DNA from: Eledone cirrhosa
Taxonomy: Eukaryota
Direction: 5' to 3'
Assembly (NCBI GenBank): GCA_964016885.1
Contig: OZ024743.1
Span: 355,880,001 to 355,944,000 of the forward strand
DNA length: 64,000 nucleotides
The translations under genes and the position numbers were made by a program. Shown here piece by piece: positions 1 to 10,336 of the stretch (position 1 is the first letter of the stretch; each line of letters begins with the position of its first letter). The notes beneath the pieces are model-generated. The model was not told where the DNA came from and did no database searches. It was given only the letters and a program-made list of their open reading frames with translations.

Positions 1-2
1 AC

Positions 3-383
3 AATCACAGGTTGTTGTAACAGTTCAATTGGGTGAGATTCTTCACTAACTGTAAAGTTAACGGTCTTCAACTGAGCAGAATTCTCCAGTGTAGCCTTGT
101 CATCAATGTTACTACTCAAAGTGATGGTCTCTAGCCTTGGTTCCAAAACACAATGTTCCTCTGAAGTGACAGTAGAGGTGCTAGCTTCACTACAATCAGT
201 TTCAAACATATCTTGGGCAGATGTTGATGGTGGGATCTTACCGAGACTGTTCAAAGCCTGTTGGGCAATGCTTTTTGTTGATTGACAGCCAGCTTGCTTG
301 TGTTGAACATAGTTCATCAAACCTTCTATGGTCTGATGACAGTTCAGACACATGTGCATATCTTGCTCTGCATTTGCCATCAT
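3..383 (-). CDS. First (or early) coding exon of a zinc-finger protein with an N-terminal C2HC finger (ZNF341/ZFP64/ZNF407-like architecture); continues beyond the left edge
   Basis: The minus strand has a polypyrimidine tract plus CAG acceptor (TTTTTTCTTTTGTCTTTCAG, exon starts at 402). ATG at 383 opens a frame with no stop to the window edge: MMANAEQDMHMCLNCHQTIEGLMNYVQHKQAGCQSTKSIAQQ... The D-x-H-x-C-x2-C-x12-H-K-x3-C motif matches the N-terminal C2HC finger of multi-C2H2 proteins. It is absent from the ORF track because it has no stop in the window. Confidence 0.75.
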   Translation of the reverse strand, partial: MMANAEQDMHMCLNCHQTIEGLMNYVQHKQAGCQSTKSIAQQALNSLGKIPPSTSAQDMFETDCSEASTSTVTSEEHCVLEPRLETITLSSNIDDKATLENSAQLKTVNFTVSEESHPIELLQQPVI

Positions 384-520
384 GATGCCAATCTGGTTCT
401 TTCTGAAAGACAAAAGAAAAAAAGTCTTAAAAGATTACAGTTATATTATTTGATTATTTACATCTACATGTCACACTCTTATACTAACAATAATTATCAT
501 ATTATAAGGTAGCTTGTGAA

Positions 521-790
521 AGCACATGGCCTAGTGGTTATGGCTTATGATCATTATGACATGGGTTGGATTCCTGGACTGGGTTGTGCCCTGTGTTCTT
601 GATCAAAACATTTCATTTCATGTTCCAGTATACTCAGTTGAAAGTGAGTACCGGCAGGTGCTGGGAGTTAACTCTGTGATGGACTAGTGTCCTGTCCAGG
701 GGGGGAGTCTTGTATCCTCAATCACTTAATGCCAATGAAAACTGGCATAAGCACCGGCCTGATGAGCCTCTGGGCTTGGAACAGACTTTT
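521..790 (+). mobile_element. Degenerate tRNA-derived SINE
   Basis: A-box-like TGGCCTAGTGG, B-box-like GGTTGGATTCC, and a central TGTGTTCTTGATCAAAACATTTCATTTCA similar to other SINEs here. LINE-like tail CTGTGATGGACTAGTGTCCTGTCCAGGGG...CCTGATGAGCC. Confidence 0.7.
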
Positions 791-1338
791 TAACAGACTA
801 GTTACAGAAGCGGGTCTCTATTTTCGCATTAATACTTTACGGATTTGGACATGGCATTTTAAGATTAGAGCAGGTGGACAGGTTAACAAATGAGGGGGGT
901 CAGTATTCTGTATTCTGTTACCAGGTGATTTTCAACATGACACATCTCTCCCAAGATCACAATACAATTAGTTCTCAATCAGAACCTTAGGATAGTATAA
1001 TGTAATTTTAGAAAAGATTCAAAGCTAAAAGTTGCATTGAGTCAGAAAGAAGTCATCTAACTTCATGTATTTTTTGTTGTATGTATTTTTGTTTATATCT
1101 TATATGGCTTCAATGGTCTAATTTAAACATTTTTTAAAGCTGAAAATAAATCTGCTGATTGAAAAGATTCTCTGTTGTAAATGCTCACTAAAAGATGGTG
1201 TAGTTATAGCTGGAATGTCTTTGGTTATAAGTTCTCCACTCGATCAGAGCTGACCGGGGGCTAAACAATAACAGAAGCAACAACCACCATCAAAGCCAAA
1301 TCTAGAATCATTGTCAACTATATGATAAAAACAAAATG

Positions 1339-1849
1339 GACTGTTGCTTTTAACAATTAGTGTTCCCATTGTTCAATCAATAGAATAGCCTACTCTTGAA
1401 ATTAACATACAATTGATTAAGATCTCCAGGAGACACATGTACCCTGTGATGTAGTTCTCAAGAAGATTCAGTATAACAGAATGTGTGACAATGCTGGATC
1501 TTTGAATTACAGGAACAATTTCCATCTACAGAATGTCACTCCACAAGACATTGGTCAATTCAAGGGTGTGGGAAATGATGCTCAAGATACCATATGGTGA
1601 GATTGAACCCAAGACCTAAAGATTGCAAAACAAACTCTATAACCATTCAGCCAAATCAAGTTCCCAGTAGGATTGAACTAATCATATACATTTCACCAGG
1701 CATTTACTAGCCTTGACCAACAAACCTTAAGTTGAGTCCTATATAGAGATAAAAACAAAACAAAAAAAAAAAACTAATTCACTGAAAGTCATGCATTTAT
1801 TATAATTTTGAATATTATTTTAATTCTATTTTAAACTGTTCAGAAAAAC
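1339..1849. repeat. Source segment B of a local inverted duplication (copy at 5963-6412); includes decayed SINE sequence
   Basis: The reverse complement matches 5963-6412 almost exactly, apart from a ~60 bp deletion in the copy. Confidence 0.9.
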
Positions 1850-2093
1850 TCAATACAATTAATTGCTAATTAAAATGTTAATAAAGATTATTTTTTGGTT
1901 TTAAAAATTTAATTATACAAAATTATGGTCCCCATCTTCAACACCACTAATGTCTAATTAGAAATAAATGAAATTATGAAATGATAATGAAAACTAAAGG
2001 GTTGTTGTTATTGCTATATATTTTGGTGGGTGGCATATTATGTAGACACATATACATACACACATATATATGTGTATATATATATACACACAC

Positions 2094-2147
<54 letters not shown>

Positions 2148-3157
2148 TTCTACATATACATAAATGTATTTTTCCTCCAAAGTTCTTATGATAATAGAAG
2201 CTGGAGAGTAAAGAAAGAGGGGGGCGGAAGAGGCAAGGCAGACATCAACACTAGTAGTTTACAAATATTAAAATATGTTTGTTTCAGCAATTCTATAGAC
2301 AAGCTTGAAATACACACTACATTTTCATTTCTTTCAGAAAGAGAGAGAAACAGAAAAGAGGGAGTTGATCCCCACCACCCCCAACTCATCACTCAAGATA
2401 TAATTCTCTCACATGTACATTACACCCATATACTGAAATATAGGACTATATTATAATTTCTTTCTCATTAACATATTTCCTTGTCTCTCTCACTCTCTCA
2501 AACAATTTCCCTCACATCTTTATATATATAAAAGTGAGGATGTGTGTGTGTCTGTGTACAACTTTGCATGCTTAAGGCTTTCACAATTACCAACGGAATT
2601 TGACCAAATTTTGTGCACATTGCACAGGTCGCTAAAATTGCCACATCACAAACATTTTTCAAATCGACCCACGTTGACCAATAAAAAATCGATATCAAAA
2701 TTATCGGTAGAAAAATTGATGTAAGGGAGATAAACTTTATTGACAATCCTTATAAAAAAGGGAGATAACCAACTTTTCAGAAATATAAACATCACATTCA
2801 TTTGAAGATAAATCATTAATATTATCGTTTGTTTCTTGTTTATTCTTTGTTGCACTTTCAAAGTTAAAAAAACACTTGTTGTTTTAAACTGTTTCACTAT
2901 ATTAAGTGTTAATTTTCGCATTAAGGGCATAATCTCGCAGCAGTCTCGAATTGACGAGATTTTGATGATGGTTTGTTCATTTTTAGAACAATCGTTATGG
3001 GACTTTCAATTCAAACCATTGGGACCTACAACTTTTACATTTTTAAAACTTTCATAAGCCAAGCCATGTTGATACAAAAAAAAAAATTTGTTGCACTTTC
3101 AAAGTTAACTGTAACGCTTCAATTCATACATTTTGACTTTACAACTTTTCACCAAAT

Positions 3158-3676
3158 ATGCCCCGTAAAAGAAAGTATGCACATATTGGTTATCGGTCGA
3201 ATCAAACAATGCGTGTAAATGACGCTCCGCCGATAACCGAAAATAGACAATCACTAAATGCGGTGAATACAGTTATTGCAACATCTTTGTCTGCCGCTGA
3301 ACGTCAGTTAGTGCGGCGAACCAATAATGCTAAAGCAACTGCTGCAGCAGAGACTACAGAGCAACGTGAAACACACCTTGCTATGGATGCTACAGATACT
3401 GCTGCAGCAAGATCTGCAGAGACAGTACAAAAATATGAAAGACACCGTGCGCGTAATGCTTCAGCTAATGTTGCAGCAAGAGCAATTGAGACTGAGCAAG
3501 AACGTCAAAGTTTACATTTGAGAAATGTTTCAGCTACTGCTACAGCACGAGCTGTAGAAACTGTAACAAGTCGAGCTATTCGGCTGGAGGGTAACGCTCA
3601 ACGTAGAGCTTTATCGCGGGGTATTTCAAAGGCATCTCATTATTTTTTTGTTTGTATACAACTTTTTGTACTTTAG
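3158..3676 (+). pseudogene. Truncated Helitron RepHel N-terminus (MPRKRK start, ET-x-EQ-R repeats, STPR-like)
   Basis: ORF MPRKRK...AAAETTEQRETHL...RSAETVQKYERHR...RAIETEQERQSLH...RAVETVTSRAIRL has ~23-aa repeats typical of Helitron N-termini. No Rep or helicase domain follows. Confidence 0.6.
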
Positions 3677-3862
3677 CAAAACTGCCTGTTTTTTTACAGA
3701 TTTGCAACGTGTATTGTCTTTAATCATTTGTATAACTACATCCTGTTCAGTGTTTTCCTTCATTATCAGCATAGTTTTATGTGTACAAAGATTGCACTAA
3801 ATATTCGTTTGCATTAATTATTGAAGACTTCTGCTTATTTTGACAGGTTGGGGACAAATAAT

Positions 3863-4047
3863 TGTTTCTACTTTAGGCACAAGGCCAGCAATTATCCAGT
3901 GCATTACTGGTACTTTATTTTACCGACCCCGTAAGGATGAAAGGCAAAGTGAACCTCGGCGGGATTTGAACTCAGATCGTAAAGGGACGTAACTATGCTG
4001 GAAAGCATGGCGTCCGACTCTCTACTGATACTGCCAATCCACCGCCC
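3863..4047 (-). mobile_element. OK-like tRNA-derived SINE inserted in the Helitron, with an 18-bp TSD
   Basis: Reverse strand reads GGCGGTGGATTGGCAGTATC...GAGTTCAAATCCCGCCGAGG..CTTTGCCTTTCATCC. TSD AGGTTGGGGACAAATAAT at 3845-3862 and 4049-4066. Confidence 0.9.
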
Positions 4048-4164
4048 TAGGTTGGGGACAAATAATGTTCTTCTTTTACTTCCTAGCTGTATATTCTTAG
4101 CATAATTTCAAACCCCGAGCAACACCGGGTAGTGTACACTAAAAGCACAAACTCTCCCATTTGT

Positions 4165-4790
4165 GAAAGTGCATGGCTTAGTGAGAAGGGTGTTTTGCTT
4201 ATGAGTTTGATTCCTGGTGGTGCATTGTGTCCTTGAGCGAGACCCTTTATATATGTTGCTCCAGTCCACTTAGCATATATCTGTTATGTTGTTGATACGA
4301 AGCATCGTGACTTGGTGGTTAGGATATTTGGCTCCTGATTGTAAGACACTTTACTTCATCTTACTCCAGTTTACATGGCTGGTAAAAATGAGGTGTACTT
4401 GCAATTCAAAGGGCCAGGCTTGTTGCACATTGTGTCATACTGAATCTCCCTGAGAATTGCATTAACCCTTTAGCATTTAAACAGGCTGTATCCGGCCAGA
4501 ATTCTCTCACCTCTTTCTTTTCAAACCAGCTGTAATTTGTCACTCATACTGATGTTAAAGTATTGTTCTCAAAATAAATAACATCAAAATCTCATGGATT
4601 TGATATTCCGTGGGATAAAGCCTTTACCACGAAGATTCAATAGTATATATAGAGTAATGTAAATGCTAAAGGGTTAAGGGTACACATCTCTGTGAAATGC
4701 TCAGCTGTCGGTATGTTAATTTCACAAGCAGGCTGATCCATTGATGAAACAACTGAAATACTGGTCCACAGAACTGACAAAAGGATTCAA
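4165..4790 (+). mobile_element. Decayed tRNA-derived SINE(s) of the OR-like type, interrupted by a MITE
   Basis: Heads GCATGGCTTAGTG and GTGACTTGGTGGTTAGG, body TTCAAAGGGCCAG...TGAATCTCCCTGAGAA, tail TGCTCAG...TGTTAATTTCACAAGCAGGCTG. Homologous to 62480-62910 and, inverted, to 30550-30960 and 57180-57470. Confidence 0.65.
4462..4677 (+). mobile_element. TTAA MITE (piggyBac-type termini), copy 1
   Basis: TTAA-CCCTTTAGCATTTA...TAAATGCTAAAGGG-TTAA terminal inverted repeat; ~215 bp non-coding body. Confidence 0.85.
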
Positions 4791-5379
4791 CAGGCAACAC
4801 TCTCATACTATAAATTTATGTCTGTATAGAAACTGTACATATTTCAACCAAAGCTGTGAAATATGTGTATATTAACACACACAATTATACAAGGTGGGGC
4901 ATAAAGATCTTCCACATTTTGAAGAGATATAAAAAAAGAATATGGGAGATCTTTATGTCCCATCCTGTATATGTAAACATACGCAATTACATATGTAAAC
5001 ATATACACATTTATACATGTAAACACACACACATTTATATATAGAGACATAAACACACTCATTTATATATACAAACTTGTATTATTTTAATATTTTTTCA
5101 TAGAAAAGCTTGACCCATGATTCAGTCAATGTTGGGACCTTCAGCAGAAGCTATCTACACCCTCTCACAATTCATAATGAAATATGCAACTTCTTTGCCC
5201 ACTTATTCCTAGAAGGGTTTGGGGTGAAGAATCCTCAAACACTCCTTTCAGTAGGTCCTATCAGAAGCAACCACCCAAAGCAAAACCAACTGAGCTGGAT
5301 GTTATCCAACCATCTTGCTCAGGGTCCCCTGTTGGTTGATTTTGATCGTAACAACTGTCCAGTGATTCTTGCCTGTGAC

Positions 5380-5800
5380 ATTCTAACCACATACCCATAG
5401 TATTGGAGCCATGATACCTCAATTTGGAGAAGTAGCAGCTCTACCTGGAGTGACTCCCTGATCTCCGAGCTACACACTCTATCGAGTAATGTTACTCCAA
5501 AGACCCTTCAGAGGAATCCCATTTCGGTCGCCTGTTATTCAAAATTGTATTCTTTTGGTTATTACCCAAAATTCATGACCATAGGTAAAGGCACAAATAC
5601 CAAATTGAAGATAAAGATTTTGGGATTTATACCTATCTACCTTCTTTTGATTACAGAATGCTGAAGTTGGCGCATTACTGTGCTAGCTCCTGCAATTCTT
5701 GCACTTAATTCAGCCTCCTGTCTCCCCGCATCTGTGAACATGGCCCCGAGATGCTTCTCCACCTGCTATAGTGAAACTCCACTCCACGCACAGGCCTCTT
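5380..5800 (-). mobile_element. Highly degenerate RTE-like LINE fragment
   Basis: The reverse strand resembles post-RT sequence of RTE elements (decayed KxLG / IFVP..YGHE.WVM / RWLQY-like motifs) with stops and indels. Confidence 0.4.
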
Positions 5801-5810
5801 TCAGGGGATG

Positions 5811-6852
5811 AGTGTCCCCCCAAAAAACAAAATGAGAGAGCTTCTATGTGCATGCTCAACATACTAGAAATAGTAATAAACTCCCCTTGAAATTACATGT
5901 CCACTGTGTTGATATGGGAAGGACATTAAATATTGTAGTCCTAGATCACAAATCAGGAACCTGTTTTTCTGAACAGTTTAAAATAGAATTAAAATAATAT
6001 TCAAAATTATAATAAATGTATGGCTTTCAGTGAATTAGGTTTTTTTTTTTGTTTTGTTTTTATCTCTATATAGGACTCAACTTAAGGTTTGTTGGTCAAG
6101 GCTAGTAAATGCCTGGTGAAATGTATATAATTAGTTCAATCCTACTGGGAACTTGATTTGGTATCTCGAGCATCATTTCCCACACCCTTGAATTGACCAA
6201 TGTCTTGTGGAGTGACATTCTGTAGATGGAAATTGTTCCTGTAATTCAAAGATCCAGCATTGTCACACATTCTGTTATACTGAATCTTCTTGAGAACTAC
6301 ATCACAGGGTACATGTGTCTCCTGGAGATCTTAATCAATTGTATGTTAATTTCAAGAGTAGGCTATTCTATTGATTGAACAATGGGAACACTAATTGTTA
6401 AAAGCAACAGTCTGCTAAACCCCAAACTCTCTTTTACATATTTGTTATATAAAGTATAATTTCTGCTGCTGCCACCATCACAAGCATTAGCATCACCACT
6501 ACCACAAAAACCATCATCATCTCCACCACCACCACCACCACCACCACCACCACCACCACCACCATCATTGTCACTAACACAACCTCTTCAAATTCTCACT
6601 CCCTATTGTCTTTCACTCTGACCATCTATATATTCTTCACTTCACACCTCATGCTATTCTCTCACTAACAGAAGCCCTCCTCTTTTCTAATACAAACCTA
6701 GTGTCCCCCCAAAAACACAATGAGAGAGCTTCTATGTGCATGCTCAACATACTAAAAATAGTAACCAATTCCCATTGAAATTACATGTCCACTGAATTGA
6801 TATGGGAAAGACATTAAATATTGTAGTCCTAGATCAGGAATCAGGAACCTGT
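5811..6852. repeat. Composite local duplication A-invB-C-A
   Basis: 5811-5964 matches 6700-6852; 5963-6412 is the reverse complement of 1339-1849; 6411-6700 matches 13515-13810. Confidence 0.9.
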
Positions 6853-7203
6853 GGCACTTTAGCCTATTGTATATTGCTCTTAGCTACTCTGATGTTTTTT
6901 TTATTTAAAAAAATTAAATTTGCAATCTTCTATTAAAATATAAACCATGACATATGACTTGAACATTGAAGCAATTTCAAATAAGATTTTAAGCTAAAAA
7001 TCACATTGAGTAAGAAAGAAGTTGACAGAACCTGTGATCTAATGATTGCAAAGTGAAGATCTTAACTATATTGCATTCACTTAAAAGGAAAAATACAAAT
7101 GGTAACAATTGCAAGAGTAGTGGTCAGGCTAGCTATCTGAGTGATTTGATTTGTGACATGGGAACTTTATTCCATGTGTGGTAGACTCAACTCATCATTC
7201 AGG

Positions 7204-7432
7204 TTAACCTTTTAACATTTAAACTGGCCATATCCAGCCAGAATTCTCTCATACCTTTCTGTTCAAACCACCTGTAACTGTACACTCATACAAACATTAA
7301 GGTATTGTTCTCAAAATAAATAATATCAAAATCTCATAGATTTGATATTATGTGAGATAATTATGTGAGGTAGAGCCTTTACCATAAAAATATAATAGTA
7401 AATATAGAGTAATGTAAATGCTAAAAGGTTAA
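7204..7432 (+). mobile_element. TTAA MITE copy 2
   Basis: TTAACCTTTTAACATTTAAA...AAATGCTAAAAGGTTAA; body matches copy 1. Confidence 0.85.
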
Positions 7433-7659
7433 CACTAATACCTGGTTAACACTTAGGTGCCTTTAACAGAGCCCCCTCTGTTGTAAGTATTTGAATCAGG
7501 TATCCAGTTTGAGGATATCTTTCTTCTTTCTTTCCTACCACCCTTCCTCTCTACCATCTATAACAGAGGCTCGTCATTCTCTGACTAAACAGCAGGTACC
7601 GAAAATAAAAAAAAACAGTGACAAAAGGAGAGAAAGTAATGTGCAACACCACTAATTAA

Positions 7660-7910
7660 GCATGCATGCATGCCCTCGTGCACTGCTAGCAGTGTGTTGA
7701 GCTGGCGCTTATATCCTGGACAGGATGCCAGTCCATTGCAGGGTTAAAACCTCAGCTATTGCTGGCACTCATTTTCAGCTGAGTATACAGGAGCAACATA
7801 AAATGAAGTGTTTTGCTCAAGAACACAACACGCAACCCAGCCCAGGAATCAAACCCACAACATTACGATCGTAAGTCCAACACCCATACCACTAGGCCAA
7901 GTGCCTTCAA
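7660..7910 (-). mobile_element. tRNA-derived SINE
   Basis: Reverse strand GGCACTTGGCCTAGTGGT...GGTTTGATTCCTGGGC...TTGTGTTCTTGAGCAAAACACTTCATTT, the same head and core as 521-790. Confidence 0.75.
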
Positions 7911-8910
7911 TCAAACATTGAATGAATCAGCTGGCCTGCTTTCCATATAATTATTGTCTTATGTCAGTAATGTTTCTCTCTCGTTACATCTAACTTACTG
8001 GTCATCTCATTTTTGATACTGAGACTTCTGGTGTTCTCCATCCTATTTTTCTCCTGCCAAATTGTGATGAGGGCATTATGTCTGAGGAAGAAGCACATAG
8101 GGAGTTAACATGGCGACAAGGAAGGTCGCTTGACCACGTCTTGACCGAACAAAATATAATATTTTCACCAAAAACTGCCCTTTAAACACATGTCAGATGG
8201 ATTACAATATTCATTATCACAATTACTTTCACTGTTCCCTGACAACTAGTACCAGTTTCAAGATAGAATTATTTTAACGAAGTATATATAATTTGACTTG
8301 ATTTTCGCCAACAAACCACGTGTGGACATGGACGGGGAAAAAAGAAAAAAAAACAAAAAACAAATCACTACGTCCCTTAAGGATCGCAGTAAGTACTCCA
8401 CAAAACATATAAACAACAATATACACACAGATTTATATACAGATACATACCATATGCATATACACACACGTGAAAAGAAACCACACTATTTCGTGTGAGA
8501 CACTATACCGGCCAATTTTACCAATTTACATTGGTAAAATATTTCTTAACACTGACCTCGCTTCTAACCCACATACACCTTTTAATTATATATATATACT
8601 AGCAGCTGAAAGTTAATAATTTTGAAAAAAAAATATTATTGAAAGTTTACTATAAAGAAGCAGTATCAGGGGAAAAAAAACCAAAAAAAAAACCTTATTT
8701 CGCTGTTAATAAACAACTGCCTTCTACAGTACGTTTCATTTAACTTACGCAGCATATTTATTTGTTTACATGTAATGTAATTCAGACTCTTCTGTACACA
8801 CACAACATTTAGGAAAACGGAAACAAAATACACAAAAAAACAGACATTTTATTTCTATCGTAATCAAGTGCGCTAAACCTATATTGTTTACATTCTGTGT
8901 TTTTCTACGG

Positions 8911-10280
8911 ATGGGTAGAAATAACAAAATTGCCATGGTGATATCCATCGATGAAATATGTGACAAAACCGGCCGATGTCCCAAGATAGAACATTGCCCA
9001 GAAAATCACATCTGCCATATCTGTGCGGAACCCGAAAACTCGTTCCGTAATCGCTGGGTCGAATGTGGAACCTGTCGCATCTCTGTCTGCCTTCAATGCG
9101 CCACAGGCTTCCGGAGGATCCCAGGCCAAAAAAAGAGACATCATAATGCTATGATGGATGGAATATGGGAGATGGTCCAGCTAAAATCCTGGTCCTTTCA
9201 GTGTCTGGCCTGTGTGCCTGCCTCCACGAATGTTATTAATGTTATTGAAAAACAACAACAACAACAAAAACCAATGACTGTGTCTTCCTCTACCATTGTT
9301 ACTGAACAACGGCAAAAACCTATGACACTGGCTTCTACTGTTATTCCTGTGGGAGAACATCAGAAACAACAACAACCCATGTCTTCCACTCCCAGTACAT
9401 CTCGACACCAACAACTGGTGACTGTGTCTTCCCCTAACATTCCCGTGGAGGAACATCATCATCACCAACAACAACAACAGCAACAACCTGCGACTGTGTC
9501 CTCCCCTGCCATTCCCGTGGAGGAACATCATCATCACCAACAACAACAACAACAGCAACAACCTGCGGCTGTGTCCTCCCCTGCCATTCCCGTGGAGGAA
9601 CACCAACAACGACAGCAGCAGCAGCAACAACAACAACAACAACAACAACCGACCAGTACAGATTTTGCGGAACTGCAACTAATCATTCTGCTCTGAGAAG
9701 GGAAGTTGCAGGAATAGAGGCAAGCATTCGGGTAGGGCCCCACAATGAGGGGTCTTATCGGAATGCCTTGCTAAAGAATCTCCCTGTACCTCTTGCTGGA
9801 AAGACTGAAAAGACTGCGGAATCTGCTACCCATGAAGTGATTGCCATTGGGGTACCAGAGGACAAGGCCGATCTTCAGGCATTTGCTGCCAGCTCGGCCA
9901 AAGACCTAGGCTGTGTTCCCCCAAAGGGTGCCCTCCGCCTTGGTCGACCTGGTCCAAAACCCAGACTCATCAGGCTGTCTTTCTCGGACCCCGCAGAGGC
10001 AACCTCATATCATCTGGCCTCTGCTAAAGCTGGGCGTGAAAATCGGATTACCTTCCGAACACGCCCAGGCCTACCACCCCATGTACGTCCAAAACTACGT
10101 GCTGCAGCTTCCTTGAATCGGAACTCAGCACAAGATGAAAGTTTCAGTCTGCGTGATGATGGGCAGATCTGGAGGTTTGTCAAGGCTGGTCAAACATGGA
10201 AGAGAGATACCAGCTGGTCTGAGTGTGATCTACCCACAATAACTGGCAATGTAAAAACTGCTACAACTCTGGGAAACTAA
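8911..10280 (+). CDS. LINE ORF1 (PHD-like finger, Q/H-rich repeats, coiled-coil/RRM-like C-terminus), split by one frameshift near 9687
   Basis: CHIC...WVECGTC-x4-C-x2-C...WSFQCLAC finger. After DFAELQLII the reading continues in the -1 frame as SALRREVAGIEASI...SYRNALLKN...IAIGVPE...RLGR...PRLIRLSF to the stop at 10278-10280. The start codon is uncertain (8911 or 8935). Confidence 0.75.
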
Positions 10281-10336
10281 GCCAGAACAACCTGCCACCC
10301 TCTACACACCATCATAAACTGCGAGCAGGGTACAAA

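Larger units (their letters stand above)
2517..4142 (+). mobile_element. Non-autonomous Helitron retaining the 5' part of a RepHel ORF
   Basis: 5' A|TC then TATATATAAAA and a (TG)/GTCT run. The 3' end has a GC-rich hairpin CCCG-AGCAACAC-CGGG (4114-4129) followed ~10 nt later by CTAA (CTRR). CpG-richer than the flanks, with an internal ORF. Confidence 0.7.

Noticed and set aside
758-790. CTGATGAG resembling a hammerhead start (also at about 25454 and 58813)
   Set aside because: No correctly placed GAAA...UH or closing helices; these lie in a SINE tail, AT-rich DNA and RTE coding remnant respectively.
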